From NCBI GenBank assembly GCA_900617105.1, contig UYFQ01000600.1:1-64000 (forward strand): DNA of 64,000 nt, written 5' to 3'. Below the pieces are notes generated by a model. That model was not told where the DNA came from. It saw only the letters and a list, made by a program, of their open reading frames with translations, and did not search any database. Numbering within the stretch: position 1 is the first letter of the stretch; each line of letters starts with the position of its first letter. The DNA is from Hydrurus foetidus (taxonomy: Eukaryota). Positions 54,431 through 64,000 of the stretch are shown here, in pieces. The position numbers were made by a program, and so were the translations under genes.

Positions 54431-55889
54431 TCAGACCGCGTTGTTTTCGTCGCCCGCACCCGCAAAACCGTAGGCCTGCCTGGCCGCCTCGATCCGGTCG
54501 AGCTTGACCGGAGGGCAGACCAGTCGTCGGCGGCGGCGATCGGCTCCACAGGGCTTCGACCTCCTCGATCAGCAGTTCCTCGGGTTCCGGGCGCGCGAAC
54601 ACCGCATGCTCGAGGCGCTCTGGCCGATCCGGCTCGAACTCCGCCAGACGACGGCGGAAATCGGCGAAGGCGTCCTGCCCATAGAGCGCCGCGCGGGGCC
54701 GGCCAGGGCGCGACCCTCCGAGGCTGCGCCCCGAACCAGTCGAAGAAAACGGCTCCCATCGCAGCGCGTCGCCGCCGCCGGCCAGCGCCTTGAAGGCTGA
54801 GCTGACCAGTTCGATGTCGGCCTGGGGGTCGCGCGGCTTCAGGGCCAGACGCCGCAGCATCGCCGCGCGCAGGGCGTCGCGATAGGCGTCGGAAAAGCCG
54901 TTCAGCGCGGCCAGAAGTCCGGCCTGATCGGTCACCAGGGTGAGGCAGGCGGCCAGCTGCTGCAGGTTCCAGAACACCGCTTCCGGCTGACGCCCGAAGC
55001 TGTAGAGGCCGTTGTGATCGAAATAGGCGGCGGTGAAATTGGGATCATTGCGCGGCAGGAACCGCCAGGGCCCGTAGTCGAAGCTTTCGCCGGTCACGAC
55101 CATGTTGTCGGTGTTGAGCACGCCATGCACGAAGCCGGCCGACATCCAGCCGGAAAGGAGTTTCGCGCTGGCCTCGACCACCGCCCGCATCAGCACGGCC
55201 GGCCGGTCGGGCTGGTCGGCCAGGTGCGGATAATAGGTCTCGACCGCGTGATCGACCAGCACGGTGATCAGGTCGGGGCGTTCGAGATAGGCCTGGCGCT
55301 GGAAGGTCCCGAACCGGATGTGGCTGTGCGACAGACGGGTCAGCACCGCCGAGCGGGTGGGGCTGGGCTCGTCGCCACGCTGCAAGGCCTCGCCGGTCTC
55401 GACCAGCGAGAAGGCCCGCGAGGTGGGAACGCCCACGGTTTCCAGAAAACTCGCCGCGAGAATTTCGCGCATGCCGCCCTTCAGGGTCAGCCGGCCATCG
55501 CCCTGCCGCGACCAGGGCGTCTGGCCCGAGCCCTTGGTGGCCAGGTCGAGCAGGCGGCCCGTCTTGCCGGGGGCGATCCCCGCCTCCCGAAGCTGGGCGA
55601 ACAGAAAGCCCCGGCCATCGCCCAGGTCGGGATTATAGCTGCGGAACTGATGGCCGTGATAGCGCATCGCCAGCGGCTGGGGCTGATTGCCGGGCAGTGG
55701 CTGGAAGCGGCCGAACGCGGCGAGCCATTCGGCGTCCGACAGGTCCTGCAGGCCCACCGTGGCCGCCGCACGATCATTTCGATAGCGCAGGCGGGTCATC
55801 GGAAAGTCGGCGGGGGCGACCGGATCGGCGAACTCGCGCCCCAGGGCCATGAACTGCGGATCGGGGCGGTAGGCGGGCGATACGGTCAT
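54431..55889 (-). CDS. selO: Protein adenylyltransferase SelO/YdiU (frameshifts at 3' end)
   Basis: YHGHQF, LGDGRG, KGSGQTPWSR.GDGR, GFVHGVLNTDN, FDYGP. Confidence 0.92.
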
Positions 55890-56147
55890 GGGTCGCAAAT
55901 GAGCCCGCCAGCCGCGTCTGGCAAGCCTCCCCCGCCCCGTCTTGCAGGGTTGGGAATGGCGAGCGACCCGTGTCGCTTCTCGGCAACAGAGCTTCCAGAT
56001 CCTTTTGTCTGTAGGGGTTTTAACTTGCTCTGACTGTCCGTGCTCCCTAACCGTTCGGTGTCAATTCGAACACGCGTTCGGGTCGGTTCAAACAAAAACA
56101 GCCGCAGGCGATGCAAGCGCCCGTGGCATAACGAACTGAGGTAGGAA

Positions 56148-58664
56148 ATGCGCTTTACCCAGGTGCTTTGCGGCACGGCGTCTGCCGTCGTGCTCGCCGG
56201 TCTGTCCACCGCTGGCGCCGTCGCGGCCCAGGAAACTGACATCCCCACCGTCGACAGCATCGTCGTCACCGCCCAGAAGCGCGAGCAGAACCTGCAGGAC
56301 GTGCCGGTCGTGGTGACCGCCGTCGGCGCCAAGCTGCTGCAAGACACCGGCGTCAAGGACATCAAGGATCTGACGATCCTGACCCCCGGCCTGACCGTCA
56401 CCTCGACGACGTCGGAAGCCTCGACCACCGCCCGCGTGCGCGGCGTCGGCACCGTCGGCGACAACCCCGGCCTGGAAAGCTCGGTCGGTATCGTGATCGA
56501 CGGCGTCTATCGTCCTCGCAACGGCGTTTCGTTCGGCGATCTGGGCGAAATGGACCGCATCGAAGTCCTGAAGGGTCCGCAAGGCACCCTGTTTGGCAAG
56601 AACACCTCGGCCGGCGTCATCAACATCGTGACCAAGGAGCCGGAATTCGGCTTCGCCGCCAATGCCGAAGCCACCATCGGCAATTTCAACGCCCACGGCC
56701 TGGCTGCTTCGGTCACCGGACCGCTGTTCGGCACCGAAACCCTGGCCGGCCGTCTGTATGTCGCCGCGCGCGAGCGTGACGGCTACAACGACGTCATCAC
56801 CGGCAAGGGCCCCAGCAAGCGCAACGAGGACTCCGACCAGGGCTTCTACACCGTGCGCGGCCAGCTGCTGTTCGTCCCGGACGACAACGCGACCTTCAAG
56901 CTGATCGGCGACTACACCAAGCGCGACGAAAACTGCTGCGGCGCCGTGCAGATCCGCACCGGCGCGACTTCGGGCATCCTGGTTGTCGTCAATGGCGGCG
57001 CCGTCCTGGCCTCGCCCGCCAAGCCCTATGATCGCGTCGCCTATTCGAACCGCGGCGCCCCGTCGTCCATCGAGGACAAGGGCGTTTCGCTGGAAGGCAA
57101 CATCACCCTGCCGATCGGCGAACTGACCTCGGTCACGGCCATCCGCAACTGGCGCACCGACAACGGCCAGGACAGCGACTTCACCACCGCCGACCTGGCC
57201 TACCGCAACAAGGACGGCACCAACTTCAGCGAGTTCACGACCTACACCCAGGAACTGCGCCTGGCCGGCAAGACCGAAAAGCTGGACTGGCTGGTCGGCG
57301 CCTTCCTGGCCGACGAGAAGCTCGATACCGGCTCCAACTTCCTCTACGGCAATGACTACGAGCAGTATCTGGGTCGCCTGTTGTCGCGTTCGGCCGCCAA
57401 CCCGGCCGGCATCGCCAACTTCGTTGCGCTGCTGACCGGCCGCGCGCCGAACACGACGTTCAACCCGGGCAAGGGCCTGCTGGACACCTACGCACAGCGC
57501 TCCAAGACGGTTGCCCTGTTCACGAACAACACCTTCCAGTTCACCGAAGCCTTCGGCATCACCGCCGGCCTTCGCTACAGCTCGGAAAGCAAGGACGTCA
57601 AAGCCTACCAGACGATCACCGACGGCGGCGTCGGCTGCGGCTTCGCTCTGACCCCGGCCGGTCAGGGCCGTATCGCCAGCATCGTCGGCGCAGCGGCCAC
57701 CCCGACCATCGTCGGCAACCTCTGCCTGCCCTGGGCCAACCCGCTGTTCAACAACCGCGGCACCCACCAGGAGCGCACCGACAAGGAATGGTCGGGCACG
57801 ATCAAGGCGGCCTATCGCTTCTCGCCTGAAGTGTTCAGCTACGCCTCGTTCGCGCACGGCTACAAGGGCGGCGGCTTCAACCTGGACCGCGCTCAATCCT
57901 CGAACGGCCTGCCCAGCGGCGGCCAGGGCGTTGTGCCGGTGCTCGACACCTCGTTCCCGGCTGAGTTCGTCGACAGCTACGAAGTCGGCGTCAAGAACAC
58001 CCTGTTCAACCGCTCGGTGCTGCTCAACTTCACCGCCTTCTACCAGAAGTTCACTGACTTCCAGCTGAACACCTTCCTGGGCACCTCGTTCGCGGTGCGT
58101 TCGATCCCCGAAGTGACCTCGCAGGGCGTCGACGCCGACTTCCTGTGGTTCACCCCGGTGCGCGGCCTGACCGTCCAGAGCGGCTTCACCTACGCCAAGA
58201 CCGAGTACGGCGATCAGAAGATCCCCAACGATCCGACCAACGCCCTGTCGCAGCTGCCGGGCAACCGCCTGTCGCTGGCGCCGGAATATTCGGCCTCGGG
58301 CTCGATGACCTATGAGCGTCCGGTGGGCGACAACTATCGCGCCCGCTTCAACATCGGCGCCAAGTACTCGTCGGACTACATCACCGGTTCGGACCTGTTC
58401 CCGCCGAAGACGCAGAAGGCCTATACCGTGGTCAACGCCCGGGTCGGCTTCGGCGCCGCCGACGAAGCGTGGACCGTGGAACTGTGGGGCCAGAACATCC
58501 TCGACGAAGAGTACACCCAGGTCGGCTTCAACGCCTTCCTGCAGGGCTCGTCGGGCCTCAGCGCCACCAACGCCACCTATGTGCCGGCTAACGACACTCT
58601 GACCTATGACGCCTTCCTCGGCGCGCCACGCACCTACGGCGTGACCCTGCGGGCGAAGTTCTAA
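56148..58664 (+). CDS. TonB-dependent outer-membrane receptor
   Basis: Signal peptide, TonB box DSIVVTAQKRE, IEVLKGPQGTLFG, C-terminal PRTYGVTLRAKF. Confidence 0.95.
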   Translation: MRFTQVLCGTASAVVLAGLSTAGAVAAQETDIPTVDSIVVTAQKREQNLQDVPVVVTAVGAKLLQDTGVKDIKDLTILTPGLTVTSTTSEASTTARVRGVGTVGDNPGLESSVGIVIDGVYRPRNGVSFGDLGEMDRIEVLKGPQGTLFGKNTSAGVINIVTKEPEFGFAANAEATIGNFNAHGLAASVTGPLFGTETLAGRLYVAARERDGYNDVITGKGPSKRNEDSDQGFYTVRGQLLFVPDDNATFKLIGDYTKRDENCCGAVQIRTGATSGILVVVNGGAVLASPAKPYDRVAYSNRGAPSSIEDKGVSLEGNITLPIGELTSVTAIRNWRTDNGQDSDFTTADLAYRNKDGTNFSEFTTYTQELRLAGKTEKLDWLVGAFLADEKLDTGSNFLYGNDYEQYLGRLLSRSAANPAGIANFVALLTGRAPNTTFNPGKGLLDTYAQRSKTVALFTNNTFQFTEAFGITAGLRYSSESKDVKAYQTITDGGVGCGFALTPAGQGRIASIVGAAATPTIVGNLCLPWANPLFNNRGTHQERTDKEWSGTIKAAYRFSPEVFSYASFAHGYKGGGFNLDRAQSSNGLPSGGQGVVPVLDTSFPAEFVDSYEVGVKNTLFNRSVLLNFTAFYQKFTDFQLNTFLGTSFAVRSIPEVTSQGVDADFLWFTPVRGLTVQSGFTYAKTEYGDQKIPNDPTNALSQLPGNRLSLAPEYSASGSMTYERPVGDNYRARFNIGAKYSSDYITGSDLFPPKTQKAYTVVNARVGFGAADEAWTVELWGQNILDEEYTQVGFNAFLQGSSGLSATNATYVPANDTLTYDAFLGAPRTYGVTLRAKF

Positions 58665-58726
58665 CCGGGAGGGGATCCGAGGGCCCGCTTACCAAAGCGA
58701 GCAGGGCCTTCGGCTTTCGGATGAGG

Positions 58727-58765
58727 AAAGGGCGATCCGGGCAACCGGGTCGCCCTTTTTCTTTT
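58727..58765 (+). terminator. Intrinsic terminator after the TBDR gene
   Basis: AAAGGGCGATCCGG-GCAA-CCGGGTCGCCCTTTTTCTTTT. Confidence 0.85.
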
Positions 58766-58827
58766 GGCCTTCCGATCGGCGCCAAGCCGACGCACCCTGT
58801 GCAGAGGATTCGATCGCGAGGCAGGCC

Positions 58828-61249
58828 GTGAAGACGATCAGGATACTGGGCTTCTGGATCTGCCTGGCCATTGGCGTCGCCGTGGGCGCCCTGGCCCAGC
58901 GAACGCCCCAGCCCGTAGACGCCTCGGCCCCGGCCGCCGCCTTCTCGGCCGCGCGCGCCATGCACGATGTGCGGGCCATGGCCCAGCGCCCCCACCCGAC
59001 CGGTTCGGTCGACATCGTGCGGGTGCGCGACCACCTGCTGACCCGGATCGGCCAACTGGGCCTGGAGGTTTCGGTCCGGCCGGGCGAGGGCTTCCGTCCC
59101 TATTCGAAGGACGGCCGGTCCCTGGGCGTCGCGGCCGTGCAGAACGTGGTCGGCGTCCTGCCCGGACAAGACCGCGACCTGCCCGCCGTGCTGGTGATGA
59201 GCCACTATGATTCGGTGCACAATTCCCCCGGCGCCGCCGACGACGCCCTGGGGGCGGCGGCGGCCCTGGAGATCGCCCGCGCCCTGAAGGCCGGCCCGCC
59301 GCCGGCCCGCGACGTGATCTTCCTGTTCACCGACGGCGAAGAGGCGGGCCTGCTGGGCGCCGACGCCTTCTTCGCCCGCGACCCCACCGCCAAGCGCGTC
59401 GGGGTGGTGCTGAACATGGAGGCCCGCGGCGACGCCGGCCGCGCGGCCATGTTCCAGACCGGACCCGAGAACGGCGCCCTGCTGGCCCTGATGGCCCGCG
59501 AGGCCGCCCGCCCCTCGGCCAATTCCCTGGCCTCGACCGTCTATGAGCGCATGCCCAACGACACCGATTTCACCCACGCGGTGGAGGCCGGGCTGCCAGG
59601 GCTGAACTTCGCCCTGATCGACAACCAGCTGGCCTATCACACGCCGCTGTCGACGCCCGAGCGGCTGGACCAGGGCAGCCTGCAGCACATCGGCGACCAG
59701 GTGCTGCCCGTGGCCCGGGCCCTGGCCGACGGCGCGAGCCTGCCCGCCAAGACTCCCAACGTGATCTATTCCGACGTGCTGGGCCTGGTGCTGATCAGCT
59801 ATTCGACCGCCATCGGCTGGGTGCTGCTGGCCCTGGCCGCCGCCATGATCGGCTTTGTGACCTGGCGCGCCCTGAGCGGCGGGGTGACCTCGCCGCTGGA
59901 GATCGTTCGCGGCGTAGCCGGCGCCGTGCTGCTGCTGCTGGCCAGCGCCCTGACGCTGCACCTGCTGGGCCGACTGCTGAACGTCGGCGACGGACAGAGG
60001 CTGTATGACCTGCTGGGCCGCTTTGACCTGCTGCTCCTGGGGGCCGGCGCTCTGGGCGTCGGCGCGGGGCTGCTGGTGATCACGGCTCAGGCCCGGGGCG
60101 TGCGGCGGATCTGGCCCAGCCTGGCCGCCATCGCCCTGGGCGGCGCCTGCAGCCTGGTCGGCGGGTTTGATCCCGTCGGCCTGGGCCTGGGCGGCGCGGT
60201 CGGGGTGCTGTGCTGGGCGGCGCTGGGCCCGAGGGTCGGGGTGCTGGGCGTCTGGATCGGCGGGCTGGTCGTCCTGCTGCTGCTGTCCCTGACCGCCCAG
60301 ATCCTGGCCCCCGGTGCGACGGTGATGCTGGTCTGGCCGCTGCTGCTGGCCGCACTGGGCGCGACCCTGGCCATGGGCCTGGGCGGCACCCGCGATCGCC
60401 GCGTGGCCCTGGCCATGACCCTGGCCATGGGCGTGCTGGCCACCCTGACCATCGCCCAGCTGACCGCCTGGGGCCTGGACCTTCGCCGGGATCGGCCTGT
60501 TGGAGCCCGCCGTCCTGGCTGTCTTCGTACTGCTGGCCACACCCGCCCTGGTGCCGATCACCTTCGATTTCGCGCAGTCACGCTGGGGCTGGCCCGGCGT
60601 GGTCGTGCTGGTGGTGACGGGCCTGGGCCTTGTGATCACCGCCGCCGTCCCCGCCGCCTCGCCCGACCGGCCCAACCTGACCGAGGCCCATCACCTGGCC
60701 GATCCCTCGACGGGCAAGGCCTGGCGGGTCTCAACGATGCCGCAGCTGGACGACTGGACCCGCGCGACCCTGATCGCCGACGGCGGGGTGGACCTGAAGA
60801 TGCAGGCCCTGCCCCCGTTCCACGCGGATCCGATCTGGATGGCCCAGACCCGCGCCGTCGAGGTGGCCCCGCCGATCCTGACCGCCGAACGCTCGGGCGA
60901 CCGCCTGATCGTCCGGGTCATTCCCGGCCCCGGCGCCGAGGTGTTGAGCCTGAAGATCCGCGCCTCGACCGCCCTGCACGATCCGCGCCTGAACGGCCGG
61001 CCGATCATCCTGGACAGCCAGCCCGACGCCTGGTCGACCGTGACCTATCACGCCCCCGATCCCAACGGCGTCACGCTCAGCTTCACGTCCGAGGCGACGG
61101 GCCGGGTCGAGGCCGCCGTGATGGAGATGCGCGACGGCTGGCCGATGGACGCCGCGCCGCCCGCCACCAAGCCGCCCGAGCTGATGGCCACCGGCATGTC
61201 GGACAAGACCGCCGTCCTGGCCCATGCCCGGCTGGCCTGGTGGGCCTAG
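58828..61249 (+). CDS. Membrane-embedded M28 peptidase (frameshift near 60480)
   Basis: SHYDSV..PGAADD, TDGEEAGLLG, NMEARG, NDTDF, YHT; many C-terminal TM helices. Confidence 0.9.
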
Positions 61250-63113
61250 ACCGCCACCACGCCCTCCGGCGGCGGATTGACGAACAGCGCCTCGACCAGG
61301 GCCGCGCGCCGCTCCAGCGTCGCGCGCTGGTTCACATAGCCCTTGTCGGTGATCTCGCCGGCGTCGATCGAGGGCGGTTCGGTCATCACGGTGAAGCGGG
61401 TGATGCGGCGCGACGAGCCACCGGCCCCGGCGTTGAACGCCGCCAGCCGCTCGCGCAGGAAGGCGGTCAGCTTCTCCATCGGCGTGCCGGGCCCCGGATC
61501 GGCGACCAGGGCCATCAGCCCCGAGGGCGAAGGCCAGAACAGCGCGCCGATGAAGCCCTTGTCCTGACCGCAGATCACCGCGTCGGCGATATAGGGGCTG
61601 CAGGCGGCCACCAGGTCGGGGCGCAGCACCCCGACGCTGACCCAGGTGCCGCTGTCGAGCTTGAAGTCCTCGGTCACCCGGCCGTCGAACACCAGGCCCT
61701 TGGCCGGGTCTTCCGGATCGACGAACCGCGCCGCATCCCCCAGCCGATAGAAGCCCTCCTCGTCGAAGGCCGCCGCGGTCTTTTCCGGATCCTTGTGATA
61801 GCCCGCCGCCACGGTCGGCCCTTGACCCGCACCTCGAACTTGCTGCCGCTAGGGGCCAGCTTCAACTGGATGCCCGGCAGGGGCAGGCCCACCAGACCGA
61901 CCCGCTCGGTGATCCAGTGAGTGACGGTGATGCCCTGGGTCTCGGTCGCGCCATACATGGTGGTCAGCGGAATACGCTGGCCGGTTTCGGCCACGGCCAG
62001 GGCCTGGATCCGCGTATAGACATCGTTGGACAGCGTCGCCCCGCCATAGCCCATATAGCGCAGGTTCTTGAAGAACGAGGCGCGCAGCACCGGGTCGTTC
62101 TCCATCGCCTCGGCCAGCATGGAAAAGGCGATCGGGGCCGAGCCGAACACGATCGGCGAGACCTCATACAGGTTCTTGATCGTGGTTTCGAACATGCCGG
62201 GCAAGGGCTTGCCCTCGTCGATATGCAGGGTTCCGCCGGCCCACAGGACGGCGTTGAACCCGATATTGCCGGCCGAGATATGGCTCCACGGCATCCATTC
62301 CAGGCTTTGCGGAACCTCGCCGGTCTCGGGCTCGTCCAGCTTCAGGCCGTCCTGGCCGGCGATCACCCCGGCCATCATGCCGTGGGTCTGGGGCACGGCC
62401 TTGGGCATGCCCGTCGAGCCGGAGGTGAACAGGTACTTGGCCACCGTCGCCGGGCCCAGGGTCTCGCGCGAGGCCTCCACCGCGAGGGTCGGGACCGTGG
62501 CGGCGATGTCGGCGAAGCTCACGGCGCCCTCACCGGTTCCGTCTGCGGTGACCACCAGCACGGTCGGGTCGATGGCCTTGAGCGTCTCCAGCGCCTTGGC
62601 GAACAGCGCCCCGCTCTGGGCGAAGATCACCCGCGGGGCCACCTTGTCGAAAGCGTGCTTCAGCTTGGCGTGGTCGGTCGAGATCAGGCTGTAGGCCGGG
62701 CTGATCGGCGCGGCCGGAACCCCGGCCGTATAGGCGCCCAGGGTCATCAGGGCGTGCTCGATCGAATTGCCCGACAGGATCATCACGCTGTCGCCCGAGG
62801 CCAGGCCCTGGTCCAGCAGCCACTGGGCGATCCCCTCGACGGCGCGGAAGGCCTCGCCATAGGTCGTCATCCGCCAGGGTCCGTGACCGGGCTCGCGCTG
62901 CTTCAGATAGGGCCGGTCAGAGTGCTCGCCGGCCTTCTGGGCCAACAGGTGAGCGATGGAGCGCGGCCCCTGGCCGGGCGCGTGGTTGGAGGTGATGACC
63001 AGCGAGCCGTCAGGCCGATAGTCGACACTGACCTCCGGTCCCTTCATCGGCAGAGGCTTGAAAGCCACCGTGCTGACATCGCGCAAAGGCGACGCGCCAT
63101 CCGAAGGCGTCAT
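61246..63113 (-). CDS. fcs: Feruloyl-CoA synthetase-like acyl-CoA ligase (frameshift near 61815)
   Basis: LFTSGSTGMPK, YGATET, YRLGD, FDGRVTEDFKL, GEITDKGYVNQRA. Confidence 0.85.
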
Positions 63114-63378
63114 GGTCTCGCTCCCTGTAGGTTATCATTGTTCTCTTTGGGGCGAGACGTTAGCGCAATGCCGGCGAACGGCAAGATGGCTGATGGCCGA
63201 CGCGGGGCCGACGTCACCCCTGACCGACCCCGGAGGCCCCTCACCCGTCGAAAACAAGGACAGGCGACATCAGGTGACAAATATTTAAATACACAGGACC
63301 ATAATTTCGACGCTAATACACTCAGCATCCACCCATCATTACAGATTGGTAAGGCGAAAACACCGCCTGTATTAGATC

Positions 63379-64000
63379 ATGAAACACGTCGAACTCTATG
63401 CGCCGCGCACGACGCGCCATCGCCGCACCTGGACGGCGGCCGCGATCCCGCTGATCGTGCTGTTCTTCATCGCCGGCCAGCTGCTGACCATCTTCGGTAT
63501 CTTGAAGCCGATGGGCTTTCACCAGGCCGACCTGGCCACCCAGTGGCAGCCCCTGACCATCCAGCTTCTGGGCTTTGGCTTCACCGCCCTGCTGATCCTG
63601 GCCTGGGCCTGGCTGTTCGAGCGTCGTTCTCCCGCCACCCTGGGCCTGAATGGCGACGCCCTGCTGCGCTATGGCCGCGGCCTGCTGGTCGGCGCCGGCT
63701 TCCTGTTCGCCTCGATCGGCCTGGCCTGGGCCCTGGGCGGCTACAAAATCGAAGGTTTCGGCGTCTGGACCGGCCCCTCCCCGGCCCTGTTCCTGCCCAT
63801 CCTCTGCATCTTCGGCGGCTTCATGGTGCAGGGCGCGACCGAGGAGCTGATGCTGCGCGGCTGGCTGATGCAGTTGGTGGCCTCGCGCCATGGCCTGGTC
63901 ATCGCCATCATCATCAATTCGCTGATCTTTGCCCTGCTGCACGCCGGCAATATCGAGCCCTCGCCCGAACTGGCCCTGGCCCTGGTCAATCTGGTGCTGT
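63379..64000 (+). CDS. CPBP (CAAX/Abi) intramembrane protease (partial, early frameshift)
   Basis: VQGATEELMLRGWL, FALLH motifs on the + strand; runs off the window. Confidence 0.85.
   Translation, partial: MKHVELYAPRTTRHRRTWTAAAIPLIVLFFIAGQLLTIFGILKPMGFHQADLATQWQPLTIQLLGFGFTALLILAWAWLFERRSPATLGLNGDALLRYGRGLLVGAGFLFASIGLAWALGGYKIEGFGVWTGPSPALFLPILCIFGGFMVQGATEELMLRGWLMQLVASRHGLVIAIIINSLIFALLHAGNIEPSPELALALVNLVL

Noticed and set aside
56076..56089. LexA (GTTC-N7-GTTC) box
   Set aside because: Spacer is N6; no SOS box was found upstream of ycaQ either.
58828..61920. 1030-aa giant protein
   Set aside because: A frameshift near 60480 diverts the M28 peptidase into antisense of fcs; the true end is 61249.

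Overview
High-GC alphaproteobacterial chromosome, almost certainly Caulobacter or a close Caulobacteraceae (rcdA, trcR, dgcA, tacA, gapR, urcA-family gene and CIR-like repeats). Mostly core genes (bfr/bfd, thiE, suhB, rpmE, ubiX, purEK, rpsU, pntAB, pepF, rpmJ, selO) with small accessory insertions (two PAS hybrid kinases, methyltransferase, GT9, a TetR/membrane-protein pair, an extra gene inside pnt). Many genes carry single-base frameshifts that look like long-read consensus errors, so many ORF-track entries are fragments or fusions. I found no tRNA, rRNA, CRISPR array, transposase, integrase or recognisable defence system. The most striking unexplained feature is a ~380-nt non-coding stretch (about 30205-30585) with about ten complementary helices, a predicted 5'/3' pseudoknot and a candidate promoter. 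It is a candidate large structured ncRNA that I cannot assign to any family. Also notable: a 117-nt four-way-junction element, three families of palindromic intergenic repeats, a CTG-initiated rpsU, and several readable operators (TetR triple operator, Fur, CtrA, PsrA-like). All calls come from reading the sequence by eye; no searches or folding were run.
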